Shown here: positions 8,711 to 18,887 of the stretch, one piece after another
Numbering within the stretch: the stretch's first letter is position 1
Layout of the letters: each line of letters begins with the position of its first letter
Assembly (NCBI GenBank): GCA_016188295.1
Contig: JACPIA010000011.1
Location: forward strand, 3,993-67,992
DNA: 64,000 nt
Direction of reading: 5' to 3'
Source of the DNA: Candidatus Vogelbacteria bacterium
Lineage (GTDB): Bacteria; Patescibacteriota; Minisyncoccia; Phycocordibacterales; XYD1-FULL-46-19
Program-made: the position numbers and the translations under genes
Notes under the pieces: model-generated
Database searches by the model: none
The model's input: the letters and a program-made list of their open reading frames with translations, nothing else
Told to the model about the DNA's origin: nothing

Positions 8711-9858
8711 TAGATTACTCTGATTTTCAAAAATCGGTGTTTTCCCACTTTTACCACTAAATCAGATTCTAGTTTAAAATCGGGATCGGAAATCACCTCA
8801 TCCGCCAGCCATAATTTAATCGCCTTACTTTCTAATAATCGCCGATATTCCGCTTTAGAACTGACAATCTTATTATTTACTAGTACCTCCATCAATAAAT
8901 CGCCGGTTTTAACCTCTATTTCGGTCAGCTCTTTCGCTACTCCTTTGGTTTGAAATAGATTAACAAACTGCTCTTCCGCTTTTTTAGCCGCACTTTCGTC
9001 CCAAATTAAAGTCACGATTTCTCGAGCTAAACGCATTTTAGCATCACGCGGATGATCAGTTAAAATAGTAGCAATCTCTCCTTCGGCTACCCGAGTACAC
9101 AACTCAAAAGCCAGTGGCATCATCTCGTCAGACCAACTCATTACTTGGCCGTAGATTTGATCTGGCGCATCATTCAAAGCCACTATATTACCCTCACTTT
9201 TACTCATTTTTTTACCAGAGGGATCGGTTAATAATTTAAGAGTAAGGACTAATTTTTCCTTACCGCGATTTTTTTCCAGAGTCCGACCGATTAACATATT
9301 AAAAGTTTGATCATTACCACCCACCTCCATGTCAGTATTTAAAACTACCGAGTCATAACCTTGTAATATTGGGTAAATAAATTCGTGTAAGTAAATCGGT
9401 TGACCAGTGGCTAAACGTTTAACAAACATATCGCGCTCCAACAATTGTCCAGTGGTAACTTCAGTGGCTAAATTAATAAATGCTGTCAGTGTCATCTCAG
9501 CTAGCCAACTACTGTTGTAAACAAACTTTGTTTTAGTCAAATCCAAGATCCGACCAATTTGTTCTTTGTATCCTTCACAATTAGCCAACACCTCTTCTTT
9601 GGTTAAATTCTGACGCGTGGCATTTTTGTCCGTCGGATCACCAATCATCGCGGTAAAATCACCAATTAAAATAGTAATTTTATGTCCTGCTACCTGTAAG
9701 TCACGTAATTTTAATAAAATAGATAAATGGCCAATATGGAGAGTACGGCCAGTTGGATCAATACCATGATAAATTTCAAGCGGACCATTCACTAGTCGCT
9801 CATTAAAAGCTGTCTCATTAGGGTACAATTTCTCGACTCCGCGACTTAGTAGTGACAT
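8710..9858 (-). CDS. tyrS: Tyrosyl-tRNA synthetase
   Basis: HIGH motif (DPTGRTLHIGHL) and KMSKS motif (GKKMSKSEGN). Typical TyrS N-terminal alignment. C-terminal S4-like region. Confidence 0.85.
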   Translation of the reverse strand: MSLLSRGVEKLYPNETAFNERLVNGPLEIYHGIDPTGRTLHIGHLSILLKLRDLQVAGHKITILIGDFTAMIGDPTDKNATRQNLTKEEVLANCEGYKEQIGRILDLTKTKFVYNSSWLAEMTLTAFINLATEVTTGQLLERDMFVKRLATGQPIYLHEFIYPILQGYDSVVLNTDMEVGGNDQTFNMLIGRTLEKNRGKEKLVLTLKLLTDPSGKKMSKSEGNIVALNDAPDQIYGQVMSWSDEMMPLAFELCTRVAEGEIATILTDHPRDAKMRLAREIVTLIWDESAAKKAEEQFVNLFQTKGVAKELTEIEVKTGDLLMEVLVNNKIVSSKAEYRRLLESKAIKLWLADEVISDPDFKLESDLVVKVGKHRFLKIRVI

Positions 9859-9915
9859 AATTACTTACTGTACCACACTAAAAGCCATCTTCAAAATATG
9901 TTAGTATGAGACAGC

Positions 9916-12417
9916 ATGTTTAAACGTTTTAGTTTAAAGGAGAAAATAGCTACTTTGGTTAGTATCGCCCTTTTTAGCGGTGGTGCTTTATTTATTTGGG
10001 CCAGCACCCTCCCTTTACCTGATTTTAATAATTTTTTTGAGGAGCGGACTGTTAACCAATCAACTAAGATTTACGACCGAACCGGCACAGTCTTGCTTTA
10101 CGACATCCACGGTGATGTTAAGCGCCGAGTGGTCCCTTTTGATCAAATAGCTCCGGCGATCAAACAAGCAACCATTGCGATCGAAGACGACCAATTTTAT
10201 CAACATATCGGCATTAGGCCACTCTCGATTATCCGCGCTTTAATTGCTGATTTGGCTTCCGGTTCACTCCACCAAGGTGGTTCGACTATTACTCAACAAG
10301 TAGTTAAAAATACCTTATTGGTCCAAGATAAGCGGTGGTCGCGTAAAATTAAAGAGTTGATTTTATCGCTCAAACTAGAACGCTCAATGAGCAAAGATGA
10401 TATTTTATCTTTGTATTTAAATGAAAGCCCGTATGGCGGTAATATTTACGGCGTTGAGGAAGCGGTTCAAAATTTTTTTAAAAAAAAAGCTAGTGAAGTT
10501 ACTTTAACCGAAGCGGCTTATTTAGCGGCCTTACCTCAAGCCCCTACCTATTACTCCCCATTTGGTAATAATTTTGATAAATTAGAAGCTCGAAAAAATA
10601 TTGTTTTAAAAAGAATGAAGGATTTAGGTTATATCACTATTGAGCAATATAACCAAGCGTTGACTGAAAAAGTAAAATTTAATCAGCCGGAAGAAAAAGG
10701 GATCAAAGCACCTCATTTTGTTTTTTACATTAAAGCTTATTTAGAGGAGAAATATGGCCAAGAAGCGGTTGAGAATCAAGGTTTTAAAGTCATCACCACC
10801 CTTGATTGGGACTTACAAAAAAAAGCTGATGCGGTGGTGGCTAAATATGGTGCCGAGAATGCTCAAAAATATAACGCCAAAAACGCCGGTTTGGTGGCAA
10901 TTGACCCCCGCTCGGGCCAAATTTTAACTATGGTTGGTTCCCGTGATTATTTTGATACTGCTAATCAAGGCAACTTTAACACTGTTCTAGCTCATCGCCA
11001 GCCTGGTTCCGCTTTTAAGCCTTTTGTTTACGCCACCGCCCTGATCAAAGGCTATACTCCTAATACTGTGGTATTTGATTTACCAACTGAATTTAACACC
11101 GGCTGTACCCCCGATGGTTTACCAGCTAGCTCCAATATTAAACCTGAGGAGTGTTATATGCCGGTTAACTATGATAATACTTACCTGGGACCAATTAGCT
11201 TCCGTGATGCTCTAGCTCAATCGCGAAACATCCCTGCTGTTAAAGTACTTTATTTAGCGGGAATTAAAGCTTCGATTAAAACCGCTCAGGCGATGGGAAT
11301 TACTAGTCTTACGGATCCTAGTCGTTATGGCTTAACTTTAGTTTTGGGTGGTGGCGAAGTTACCCCTCTAGAATTAACTAGTGCTTATGGTGTTTTTGCT
11401 AATAATGGCGTCCGTTACCCTCCTGCTGGAATCTTAAAAATCGAAGATTTAAATGGTCAAGTTTTAGAAGAATACCAAGAAAAACCGCAGACTGTAATAT
11501 CCTCGGATATTACCAGCCAAATTTCCAGTATTTTATCTGATAATGTCGCCCGAACACCAGCTTTTAGTGCTACCTCTCCAATGTATTTCCCTGGTCGAGA
11601 AGTAGCCGCTAAAACCGGTACTACTAACGACTACAAAGATGCTTGGATTGTTGGTTACACCCCCAGTATCGCGGTTGGTGCATGGGTAGGTAATAATGAT
11701 AATAGTCCAATGGAGAAAAAAGTGGCTGGTTTTATTGTGGCTCCAATGTGGAACGAATTTATGAATTTTTATTTAGCGGGAGCACCCAACGAAACCTTTC
11801 CCATTCCACCCAAAATCAATACTAAATTAAAGCCGGTTTTGCGTGGTATTTGGCAAGGTAATCAAATTTACACTATCGATAGTGTCTCTAAACAATTAGC
11901 CACCCCAGATACCCCAGAAGCTGCCAGACAAGATTTAGCTGTTTATAATATACATTCCATCTTGTATTGGGTTAATAAAAATGATCCAACTGGTCCAGTG
12001 CCAAGTAACCCTAGTAATGATCCTCAATTTAATTTATGGGAGACGCCAGTACGCCGTTTTGTAGCCAAACAAGGTATTAAAGAAAATGAAACCAGTTTTA
12101 TTCCTACTAAATATGATCCAATTCATAAACCAGGAATTGGACCTAAATTAACTATTATTTCTCCGACCCCTAACTCGACTATTCCAATCACTGATACTTT
12201 ACTAGTTAATCTACAAATTGAATCATTATTTCCCATCCAAGAAACGATTATCTATATTAATAACCAATTAGTAGTCAGTAATAAAACTAGTCTGACTTAT
12301 TTTGCAATTCCACTTCACTCAATTACCACCACTAAAACTAATCAATTAAGAGTGGTAGTTAGTGATAGTATTAAAAATCAAACCGAACAAATAGTGGAAT
12401 TTAATTTAAATGAGTAG
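9916..12417 (+). CDS. Class A penicillin-binding protein (glycosyltransferase GT51 plus transpeptidase), PBP1A-like
   Basis: GT51 motifs (IAIEDDQFYQHIGI, RQPGSAFKPF). The transpeptidase SxxK motif (SAFK) precedes the KTGT motif (AAKTGTTN). Confidence 0.9.
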   Translation: MFKRFSLKEKIATLVSIALFSGGALFIWASTLPLPDFNNFFEERTVNQSTKIYDRTGTVLLYDIHGDVKRRVVPFDQIAPAIKQATIAIEDDQFYQHIGIRPLSIIRALIADLASGSLHQGGSTITQQVVKNTLLVQDKRWSRKIKELILSLKLERSMSKDDILSLYLNESPYGGNIYGVEEAVQNFFKKKASEVTLTEAAYLAALPQAPTYYSPFGNNFDKLEARKNIVLKRMKDLGYITIEQYNQALTEKVKFNQPEEKGIKAPHFVFYIKAYLEEKYGQEAVENQGFKVITTLDWDLQKKADAVVAKYGAENAQKYNAKNAGLVAIDPRSGQILTMVGSRDYFDTANQGNFNTVLAHRQPGSAFKPFVYATALIKGYTPNTVVFDLPTEFNTGCTPDGLPASSNIKPEECYMPVNYDNTYLGPISFRDALAQSRNIPAVKVLYLAGIKASIKTAQAMGITSLTDPSRYGLTLVLGGGEVTPLELTSAYGVFANNGVRYPPAGILKIEDLNGQVLEEYQEKPQTVISSDITSQISSILSDNVARTPAFSATSPMYFPGREVAAKTGTTNDYKDAWIVGYTPSIAVGAWVGNNDNSPMEKKVAGFIVAPMWNEFMNFYLAGAPNETFPIPPKINTKLKPVLRGIWQGNQIYTIDSVSKQLATPDTPEAARQDLAVYNIHSILYWVNKNDPTGPVPSNPSNDPQFNLWETPVRRFVAKQGIKENETSFIPTKYDPIHKPGIGPKLTIISPTPNSTIPITDTLLVNLQIESLFPIQETIIYINNQLVVSNKTSLTYFAIPLHSITTTKTNQLRVVVSDSIKNQTEQIVEFNLNE

Positions 12418-12680
12418 TTTATTTAATATTAATTATTTTTATTTTAGTTTGTTGTTGATTAATAAAATTTAATAATTTTTGTTTATTAATTATTAAATCA
12501 CTTTTAAACACTGGGTTAAGTTTAATAAATAACACTTTATTTTGTAAAGAAATATTCTTAGTTAAGATTAATTCTTTATATTTTATAAAAATAAACTTTA
12601 TCACCAACTCTTTCACCATCCGTTCAGGATTTGTAAATTTATCTAATAAACCCAATAAACTACTTATTTTTTTAATAATT

Positions 12681-13781
12681 TTAACGATTAACCGGCATTA
12701 CTAAATATTTAAACAACTTATTACCCACTCCTGAAATTAATAATGGTTTATTAACACCTGATGATTTAAGTTCTATCCGCTCAGCATCTAAAGAATTAAA
12801 AGACTCAGTTAAATATCGCGCATTTACTTTTACCTCTATCTCCTCTCCATTAGATTCATTATTAATTGAAGTGGTAGTTTGGCCGATATCTTGATTAATC
12901 GCTGACACTTCACATATTTTATTTTTAGGATTAATTAATAAATTAACATGATGAAATTTGTCAGCAAAAATTGTCGATACTTTAAGTGCTTCTGTTAACT
13001 CTAATTGAGAAATTAAAACGGTGGTTGAAAAGTTTTTTGGTATAATCTGACGATAGTCTGGGTATACCCCATCAATAATCCTTGAGGTAATTAAAAAACT
13101 AGAGTGATAAAGAGATAATTGGTTTTTATCAACCTTAATTACTATTTCCCCTTTAGCCCCTTCTATTACTCGACTAATATCATTAACATTTTTAATTGGA
13201 ATAATAATCGATGGTGTTTCATTAATTAAAGTTAAGGGGATTTTTTTCTCCGCTAATCTAAAAGAATCTGTGGAAACAAATACTAAATACTCCCCATCAT
13301 GATATAAATACACACTCGCAATCTCTGGTTTAATATCGGAGGTAGCTGAAGCATAAACTACTGATTTTAAACCAAGTAAAAATAAACTAATTGGTAAGGA
13401 AAAATTCACTCCATCAATCACTTGTGGGATAGTTGGAAAATCATCCGGTAAAAATCCTTTAATTTTAGAGTGGTGATTAAAAGTATCCACCAACACTATC
13501 CCATCCTTTAATTCAAAAGTAATAATCTCTGTTGGTGGAATAGTCCCTAATACTCCCGCAATTAATTGAGCTGGTAAACAAATTGAACCATTTTTACTAT
13601 CAAATACTGTTAAATAAAATTCCACTCCTACTTCCAAATTAGTTACCTTTAAAGTTAGTTTATTATCTTTAATTAAAAAGAAAATCGTATTAAGTATCGG
13701 TAAGGAAGAATTTTTACCAGCAATTTTTTCAATCAGTAAAATAATATTTTTTATTTCTTTGTAATTACAGGAGAATTTCAT
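12681..13781 (-). CDS. dnaN: DNA polymerase III beta sliding clamp
   Basis: 366 aa. Sits downstream of dnaA. N-terminal pattern typical of DnaN. Confidence 0.85.
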   Translation of the reverse strand: MKFSCNYKEIKNIILLIEKIAGKNSSLPILNTIFFLIKDNKLTLKVTNLEVGVEFYLTVFDSKNGSICLPAQLIAGVLGTIPPTEIITFELKDGIVLVDTFNHHSKIKGFLPDDFPTIPQVIDGVNFSLPISLFLLGLKSVVYASATSDIKPEIASVYLYHDGEYLVFVSTDSFRLAEKKIPLTLINETPSIIIPIKNVNDISRVIEGAKGEIVIKVDKNQLSLYHSSFLITSRIIDGVYPDYRQIIPKNFSTTVLISQLELTEALKVSTIFADKFHHVNLLINPKNKICEVSAINQDIGQTTTSINNESNGEEIEVKVNARYLTESFNSLDAERIELKSSGVNKPLLISGVGNKLFKYLVMPVNR

Positions 13782-13967
13782 AGTTATATTTTATATTTAA
13801 GATTTGTTATTACTATTATACTTGGGGAAAAGTGGATAACCCTTAAAAATACTTTTAAAACATAAGTTTTTATTTAAATTAATTGTGGATAATTTTAAAT
13901 AATTTTCCCCAGAAAAAATATTTTCTAAAAATAAATTAAAAATAATCATAAAGTTATCAATATAATA
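13782..13967. promoter_or_regulatory. Candidate oriC / DnaA-box cluster in the AT-rich dnaA-dnaN intergenic region
   Basis: Perfect DnaA box TGTGGATAA (13884-13892, reverse complement TTATCCACA) and near-consensus GTGGATAAC (13832-13840) in a strongly AT-rich spacer. Confidence 0.5.
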
Positions 13968-15380
13968 TTAAGAGTTATACAGTAATATCCGAATCTGATT
14001 TAACTCTTGGTTTAATAAAGAATTATTTTTAATATCGTTTTTAATCTTTTCATACGCGTGGATTACAGTGGTGTGATCACGACCACCTAATTTTTGACCA
14101 ATATAAGGGTAAGAAGTGTTAAAATCCTCACGTAAAATATACATAATTACTTGACGAGGTTTAACTACTTCTTTACGTCTAGTTTTTTCATATAACATTT
14201 TTTCATCAATATTATAAAAATCAGCAATGATCTTCATCACTTCTTTAATTGAAACTGATTTTTGGGGTTTAATTGAGTTTTTAACAATCACTTTAACTTC
14301 ATTTAAGGTTAAATCCCGTTTTTTAGCTTGTGATTGAATAATAATCGAGTTAAGAGCCCCCTCTAACTCTCGGATATTATCTTGGACAACAGAAGCTAAA
14401 TACTCAATTACCTCATCGATTGGGGTAAAACCCGTTAAAACCTTTATTTTTGAACGTAAAATAGCTAAACGTGACTCAAAATCCGGACGCGAAACATCGA
14501 CCACCATCCCCCCTTCAAAACGGGAGCGCAACCGATCTTCCAGATTAGGAATTTGTTTTGGTGGTTTATCAGAGGAAAAGATAATTTGTTTATTATTTTC
14601 ATAAAAACTATTAAATAAATGAAATAATTCTTCTTGGATCTTTTCTTTACCAGCTAAAAACTGGATGTCATCCATGATTAATAAGTCGTATTTACGATAT
14701 TTTTCTTTAAATAAGTTACCGCGATTATTTTGGAGACAACTCACAAAATCAATTAAAAAAGTCTCAGAGGTAATATAGTAAATCTTTTTTTGATCACTCA
14801 TTTTTCGGATTTGATTACCAACCGCTTGCATTAAGTGGGTTTTTCCTAATCCGGTATGACCGTAAATAAATAAAGGATTGTAATTATTACCGCCGGGATT
14901 TTTAATAATCGCTTGTGCGGCCGCACAAGCGATCTCGTTAAACGGACCAATTACTAAACTATCAAAGGTATATTTGGGGTTTAAATTACTCTCCTTGTTG
15001 ATGTAGAGCTCATTAAGGCCTAGTCCTTCATTAAAAGGGGATGTTTTGTTATAAGAGGAGTGGATTAGTCGTGGTTTATCGTCGTTTTTAGTAATCATAT
15101 ACTCAACCATTCTCACTGATGAGTAATTAGTCCGTAACGACTTAAGTATTATTTTATGATATTTATTAATTAACCAATCCCGAACAAAAGTATTGGGGAC
15201 ACTTAAGTAGATTGTCCCAGCACCATCTTGTTTAGCAATATAGGTGTTTTTAAACCAAGTGCCAAAATTTGCTTTAGAAACCTCTTGCTCAATCACCAAT
15301 AATGATTTTGACCATAAGGTATCGTTATCTGGATTCATGATGCCCTGATTATAACGACAAGCTTTAGTCAATACAAACAT
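13968..15380 (-). CDS. dnaA: Chromosomal replication initiator DnaA
   Basis: AAA+ Walker A GHTGLGKTHLMQAVGN. The C-terminal DNA-binding domain is conserved. The true start may be the internal MNPDND. Confidence 0.95.
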   Translation of the reverse strand: MFVLTKACRYNQGIMNPDNDTLWSKSLLVIEQEVSKANFGTWFKNTYIAKQDGAGTIYLSVPNTFVRDWLINKYHKIILKSLRTNYSSVRMVEYMITKNDDKPRLIHSSYNKTSPFNEGLGLNELYINKESNLNPKYTFDSLVIGPFNEIACAAAQAIIKNPGGNNYNPLFIYGHTGLGKTHLMQAVGNQIRKMSDQKKIYYITSETFLIDFVSCLQNNRGNLFKEKYRKYDLLIMDDIQFLAGKEKIQEELFHLFNSFYENNKQIIFSSDKPPKQIPNLEDRLRSRFEGGMVVDVSRPDFESRLAILRSKIKVLTGFTPIDEVIEYLASVVQDNIRELEGALNSIIIQSQAKKRDLTLNEVKVIVKNSIKPQKSVSIKEVMKIIADFYNIDEKMLYEKTRRKEVVKPRQVIMYILREDFNTSYPYIGQKLGGRDHTTVIHAYEKIKNDIKNNSLLNQELNQIRILLYNS

Positions 15381-15430
15381 TACAGATCTGTTAATAAAAA
15401 GTGGATAATTGGGTATAACTAGTAAAACTA

Positions 15431-15458
15431 TTGAATTATTATTTTAGCTGTGTATAAT
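15431..15458 (+). promoter_or_regulatory. Sigma-70-like promoter of rpmH (TTGAAT, 16-nt spacer, extended -10 TGTATAAT)
   Basis: TTGAAT at 15431-15436. TGnTATAAT ends at 15458, only about 10 nt before the rpmH ATG, so the mRNA is essentially leaderless. A DnaA box GTGGATAA lies at 15401-15408 just upstream. Confidence 0.5.
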
Positions 15459-15468
15459 CAGATCTAGT

Positions 15469-15603
15469 ATGTCTATTACCTACCAACCCAAGAAGCGTAA
15501 ACGTAAAACTACCCACGGTTTTTTAGTTCGGTCTAAAAGTAAAACTGGTAAACAGGTTTTACTTCGTCGTCGCCGTAAGGGTCGAGTTAAGTTAACGGTG
15601 TAA
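15469..15603 (+). CDS. rpmH: 50S ribosomal protein L34
   Basis: 44 aa [44 protein letters not shown], a classic L34. It is shorter than the 60-aa cutoff so it is absent from the ORF track. Confidence 0.9.
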   Translation: MSITYQPKKRKRKTTHGFLVRSKSKTGKQVLLRRRRKGRVKLTV

Positions 15604-15605
15604 TT

Positions 15606-15947
15606 ATGGCCCAGTTAGGCCGTCTTTCTCGCGAGTTGATTACACAAGTACTATCTCAAGGGGTCTCAGTTAGATCACCTTATTTTTTAGTCAAAATCGC
15701 TAAATTGAATCAATTATTACCTAATACTACTGGTTTGGCGGTAATAGTACCAGCTAAGGTGTTTAAACAAGCGGTAGTCCGTAATCGGGTTAAACGACAA
15801 ATCAGAGGCTGTTTAATTAAATTAAAAAGTAAGTTAAAGCCTGGTTATGGAACAGTGTTTTTTGGCCAAGTTGGTATAATTAAAGTGTCTCCTTCAGTAT
15901 TATTTAAGGAAATAACTAAAGCTCTACATGATCTCATCACTCTTTAA
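15606..15947 (+). CDS. rnpA: Ribonuclease P protein component
   Basis: Small basic protein in the conserved rpmH-rnpA-yidC arrangement. Confidence 0.8.
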   Translation: MAQLGRLSRELITQVLSQGVSVRSPYFLVKIAKLNQLLPNTTGLAVIVPAKVFKQAVVRNRVKRQIRGCLIKLKSKLKPGYGTVFFGQVGIIKVSPSVLFKEITKALHDLITL

Positions 15948-16638
15948 TAGTCTTTTGGTTACTCCGTTTTATAATATATTAATTATTTTGACGGGCATAA
16001 TCCCAGGGGCGGATATTGGAGTAGCGATCGTTATTTTAACTATTTTAGTTAAAATTCTTCTTTTGCCGTTATATCAACAATCACTTAAAACTCAAAAAGC
16101 TTTAAAGAAGATTGAGCCGGAATTAACTCAAATCAAAGAGAAATATAAAGACAATAAAGTTGAGCAAACTCGTTTAATTTTAGAGTTATACCAAAAATAC
16201 CAAATTCATCCCCTTTCTAGTGTCTTAATGGTTTTTATCCAAATACCGATTATTTTAGCTTTGTTTTTTGTCTTTCGTGATAGTTTGACGACCACTGGAC
16301 ACACTCTTTACTTTTTTGTGATTAAACCGGAGATTATCAGTACTCACTTTTTAGGTCTAATTGATATCACCACTAAAAGTGTATGGTTTGCCGGTTTAAC
16401 CGCTTTAACCCAAGGGATTTATTTATGGCAAACAGTCCCTAAGCCAGAAAAAAAGGAGTTAGGTCAATCATGGCAAAAAGACTTTCAACACGGGATGTCG
16501 CTCCAAATGCGCTATGGCGCGCCAGTTTTAATCTTTTTTGTTAGTTGGGGTTTTCCAATCGCTGTTTCACTTTACTGGATTACTAGTAATATATTTGCCT
16601 CCGGTTTTGAGTTGATTAAAAAACAGTTTGAAGATTAG
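15928..16638 (+). CDS. yidC: Membrane protein insertase YidC (short form)
   Basis: Multi-TM protein following rnpA. Conserved YidC/Oxa1 core. Confidence 0.85.
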   Translation: MISSLFNSLLVTPFYNILIILTGIIPGADIGVAIVILTILVKILLLPLYQQSLKTQKALKKIEPELTQIKEKYKDNKVEQTRLILELYQKYQIHPLSSVLMVFIQIPIILALFFVFRDSLTTTGHTLYFFVIKPEIISTHFLGLIDITTKSVWFAGLTALTQGIYLWQTVPKPEKKELGQSWQKDFQHGMSLQMRYGAPVLIFFVSWGFPIAVSLYWITSNIFASGFELIKKQFED

Positions 16639-17851
16639 CTCGCCATAATTTAGCATCGGATTTATTGATAAAATAAAGATATTTTTTACTTTGATCTAGG
16701 AAGGGGCTAATGCCATCAATAGTCAAGTTTAGACTGGTCGGATTAATTAAAATATCACTGTTACCGCTAGTAATATTTATAGCTTGCAGATTGTCACTAA
16801 AGGTAATCAAGCCTTGATACCAGCTCTCAGGGTAGTTGTTGGTTGGAATGATTTGAGGGATAAAACACCAAATAGTATCTCCTTTAGGCCAAAAACATTT
16901 CTCGGGTAAGGTGATACTCGCTAAAACCACTACTTGTTTGGTTACTAAATTAAATAAATAAGTGGAAATAGAGCCAAAACGAGCGGTATTGTAAATAAAA
17001 CGTTCACCATTAAGCTCAGGACTTAAACTAATACCCGTTGAATTACCGACTAAACGCTCAAGGGTTTTAGTTTTTAAATTTAGACTATAAACCACACTCG
17101 GCATTGAGGAATCTGCTTTGGTCGCTAAGTACAAATTATCAACACTACCCCACCAGACGCGCCAGTCCGGGTAATTTGAGGTCCAAACTAGGGCGCGGCT
17201 GGTACCATCGGGTTTGCTAACATAACCAGCCACCTTGGTACCATTTTGCTCTAAGCTGAAGATGGTTTTGTGATCAGGAGCAGGTGTAATACTATTGATA
17301 TTATTAGCTAATTTAATTGAATTAGTAGTAGGTTCGGTACTAGTAGCGAATAAATCTTTGTTATTAATAACTACTCGGTACCAACCATTATTAGTTTCTT
17401 GACTAGTTTGAATATAAAAATAAGTGTGGTTGGTATTTTGGGCCCAAGTGGCCGTAATGGCTGGGGCTAAGGTGGCGGCGCTTAAGCGGGTGACCTCGCC
17501 TGTAAGAGGATTTAAACGGTAAATGTGACCGGTGGCGCGCTCAATATAAACAATATTAGAACTGGTGCCGGTGTTAATCCAATCAGCAAAAGCGATTGGT
17601 TCCTTAGTGATAACACTCAAAGCTTGGTCCGGTTGATTATTAGTGTTGCTAAATAAATCACCGGTATCAGTTTGATTCACTACCGAGTCGATAAAATTAG
17701 AGACGGTATTGCCAGCCCGCGGAAAAAAAGTTTGGCTGATGGGTATCGGAGTACCATCAACAGCGATAGTACCAAACCAACCTCTCCCCCACCATAAGAT
17801 GCCTAAAGTGATTAAAAGTGAGATTAAAATAATGATTAGTATTTTTTTCAT
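16616..17851 (-). CDS. Secreted/anchored beta-propeller-like protein (hypothetical); last gene of the T4SS-like operon
   Basis: N-terminal signal anchor MKKILIIILISLLITLGILWW. Repetitive beta-rich sequence. Its 3' end overlaps yidC convergently. Confidence 0.5.
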   Translation of the reverse strand: MKKILIIILISLLITLGILWWGRGWFGTIAVDGTPIPISQTFFPRAGNTVSNFIDSVVNQTDTGDLFSNTNNQPDQALSVITKEPIAFADWINTGTSSNIVYIERATGHIYRLNPLTGEVTRLSAATLAPAITATWAQNTNHTYFYIQTSQETNNGWYRVVINNKDLFATSTEPTTNSIKLANNINSITPAPDHKTIFSLEQNGTKVAGYVSKPDGTSRALVWTSNYPDWRVWWGSVDNLYLATKADSSMPSVVYSLNLKTKTLERLVGNSTGISLSPELNGERFIYNTARFGSISTYLFNLVTKQVVVLASITLPEKCFWPKGDTIWCFIPQIIPTNNYPESWYQGLITFSDNLQAINITSGNSDILINPTSLNLTIDGISPFLDQSKKYLYFINKSDAKLWRANLQTVF

Positions 17852-17858
17852 AGACTAA

Positions 17859-18884
17859 CTAAAAATGATTTTTAAAGGAATTAATATCATTTCTAAGGGG
17901 ATTGGTTAGTGCTTCGATATGATAATGAGGGCCACTACCACCATATTGTCCTCGAGTTTCGTCTAATACTGTAATTGAGTCTCTGGAAAAACCATAACGA
18001 TTACGAAAATCAGTTTGATTTAAATTTTGATAATCTTGATAGAATCGGATTCCCGCATCATTGCTCCGAATATCAATTGCATATCCATTATAATGACTAC
18101 TACCTCCGCTATGGCCAGTTACTTCTGATCCGCCAGTAATTACTAATGATTCACTGACTCCATTATTTTGTAGGCCTAAATTTATCCCATTAGCCACCCA
18201 GACCGTTTCATTAGTCCACCCGCCAACACAAGTGGTCGGACAAGGATTGTTGATCATTACTCCATTTGGTCCCAAAACATCACTTCTAATCACACTTTCT
18301 CGCTGGTTGACATCCGTTAGGTTATTAACCTTAGCAACTTGCTCGAATATTTTTTGAGGGACACCAGTAAAATCAGATGTTACCGCATTGATTGGCGTTA
18401 TGGTGTGATTAGGGTCATTGCCATTATTGGTACCGGTGTTGTATCCTAGTCCGCCACTACCGGAACCACCAAAAGTGCCGGTAGTGGCGGGGGTGCGAGT
18501 AATAGTAAAATTAAAATCCAGTAATTTAGGATTGATAGTGTAAAGGAGGGTGTAAGCGCCAATAGCGATCGCCAAGCCCCATAGAGCATTAGTCCACATA
18601 CTCTCAGCCTCGGAGAGGGCACCCGGAGCGTAGCTAACAATGTAATACACCCCACTTAAGACCAACATAAATATTGCCAAACTAACAGCAACCACGAAGG
18701 CCATATTAAATAATTCTTTAGCATAAGTGACAAAATCAATCGCCACATTATTTTCAGTTCGGCCTATTATTTGCGGTTCAAGTAAAATATAGTCGGAGTT
18801 TTGAGCTAAGACGGTTACGCTTTGACTGGTGGTAATAATTAAAACTAGGCTACAGATGACGATTATTAGAAAGTGTTTAGTCAT
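17859..18884 (-). CDS. Membrane-anchored peptidoglycan peptidase (M15/VanY-like C-terminal domain) with signal peptide and two TM helices; candidate T4SS-associated cell-wall hydrolase
   Basis: Signal peptide plus two hydrophobic helices. The C-terminal domain has SxHxxGxAxD (SGGSSHYNGYAIDI) and a His motif (GPHYHIE), as in M15 zinc peptidases. Confidence 0.5.
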   Translation of the reverse strand: MTKHFLIIVICSLVLIITTSQSVTVLAQNSDYILLEPQIIGRTENNVAIDFVTYAKELFNMAFVVAVSLAIFMLVLSGVYYIVSYAPGALSEAESMWTNALWGLAIAIGAYTLLYTINPKLLDFNFTITRTPATTGTFGGSGSGGLGYNTGTNNGNDPNHTITPINAVTSDFTGVPQKIFEQVAKVNNLTDVNQRESVIRSDVLGPNGVMINNPCPTTCVGGWTNETVWVANGINLGLQNNGVSESLVITGGSEVTGHSGGSSHYNGYAIDIRSNDAGIRFYQDYQNLNQTDFRNRYGFSRDSITVLDETRGQYGGSGPHYHIEALTNPLRNDINSFKNHF

Positions 18885-18887
18885 AGT

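Noticed and set aside
12419-12655. 78-aa ORF in AT-rich spacer
   Set aside because: It is a low-complexity K/I/N/L translation of an approximately 20% GC spacer and is unlikely to be coding.
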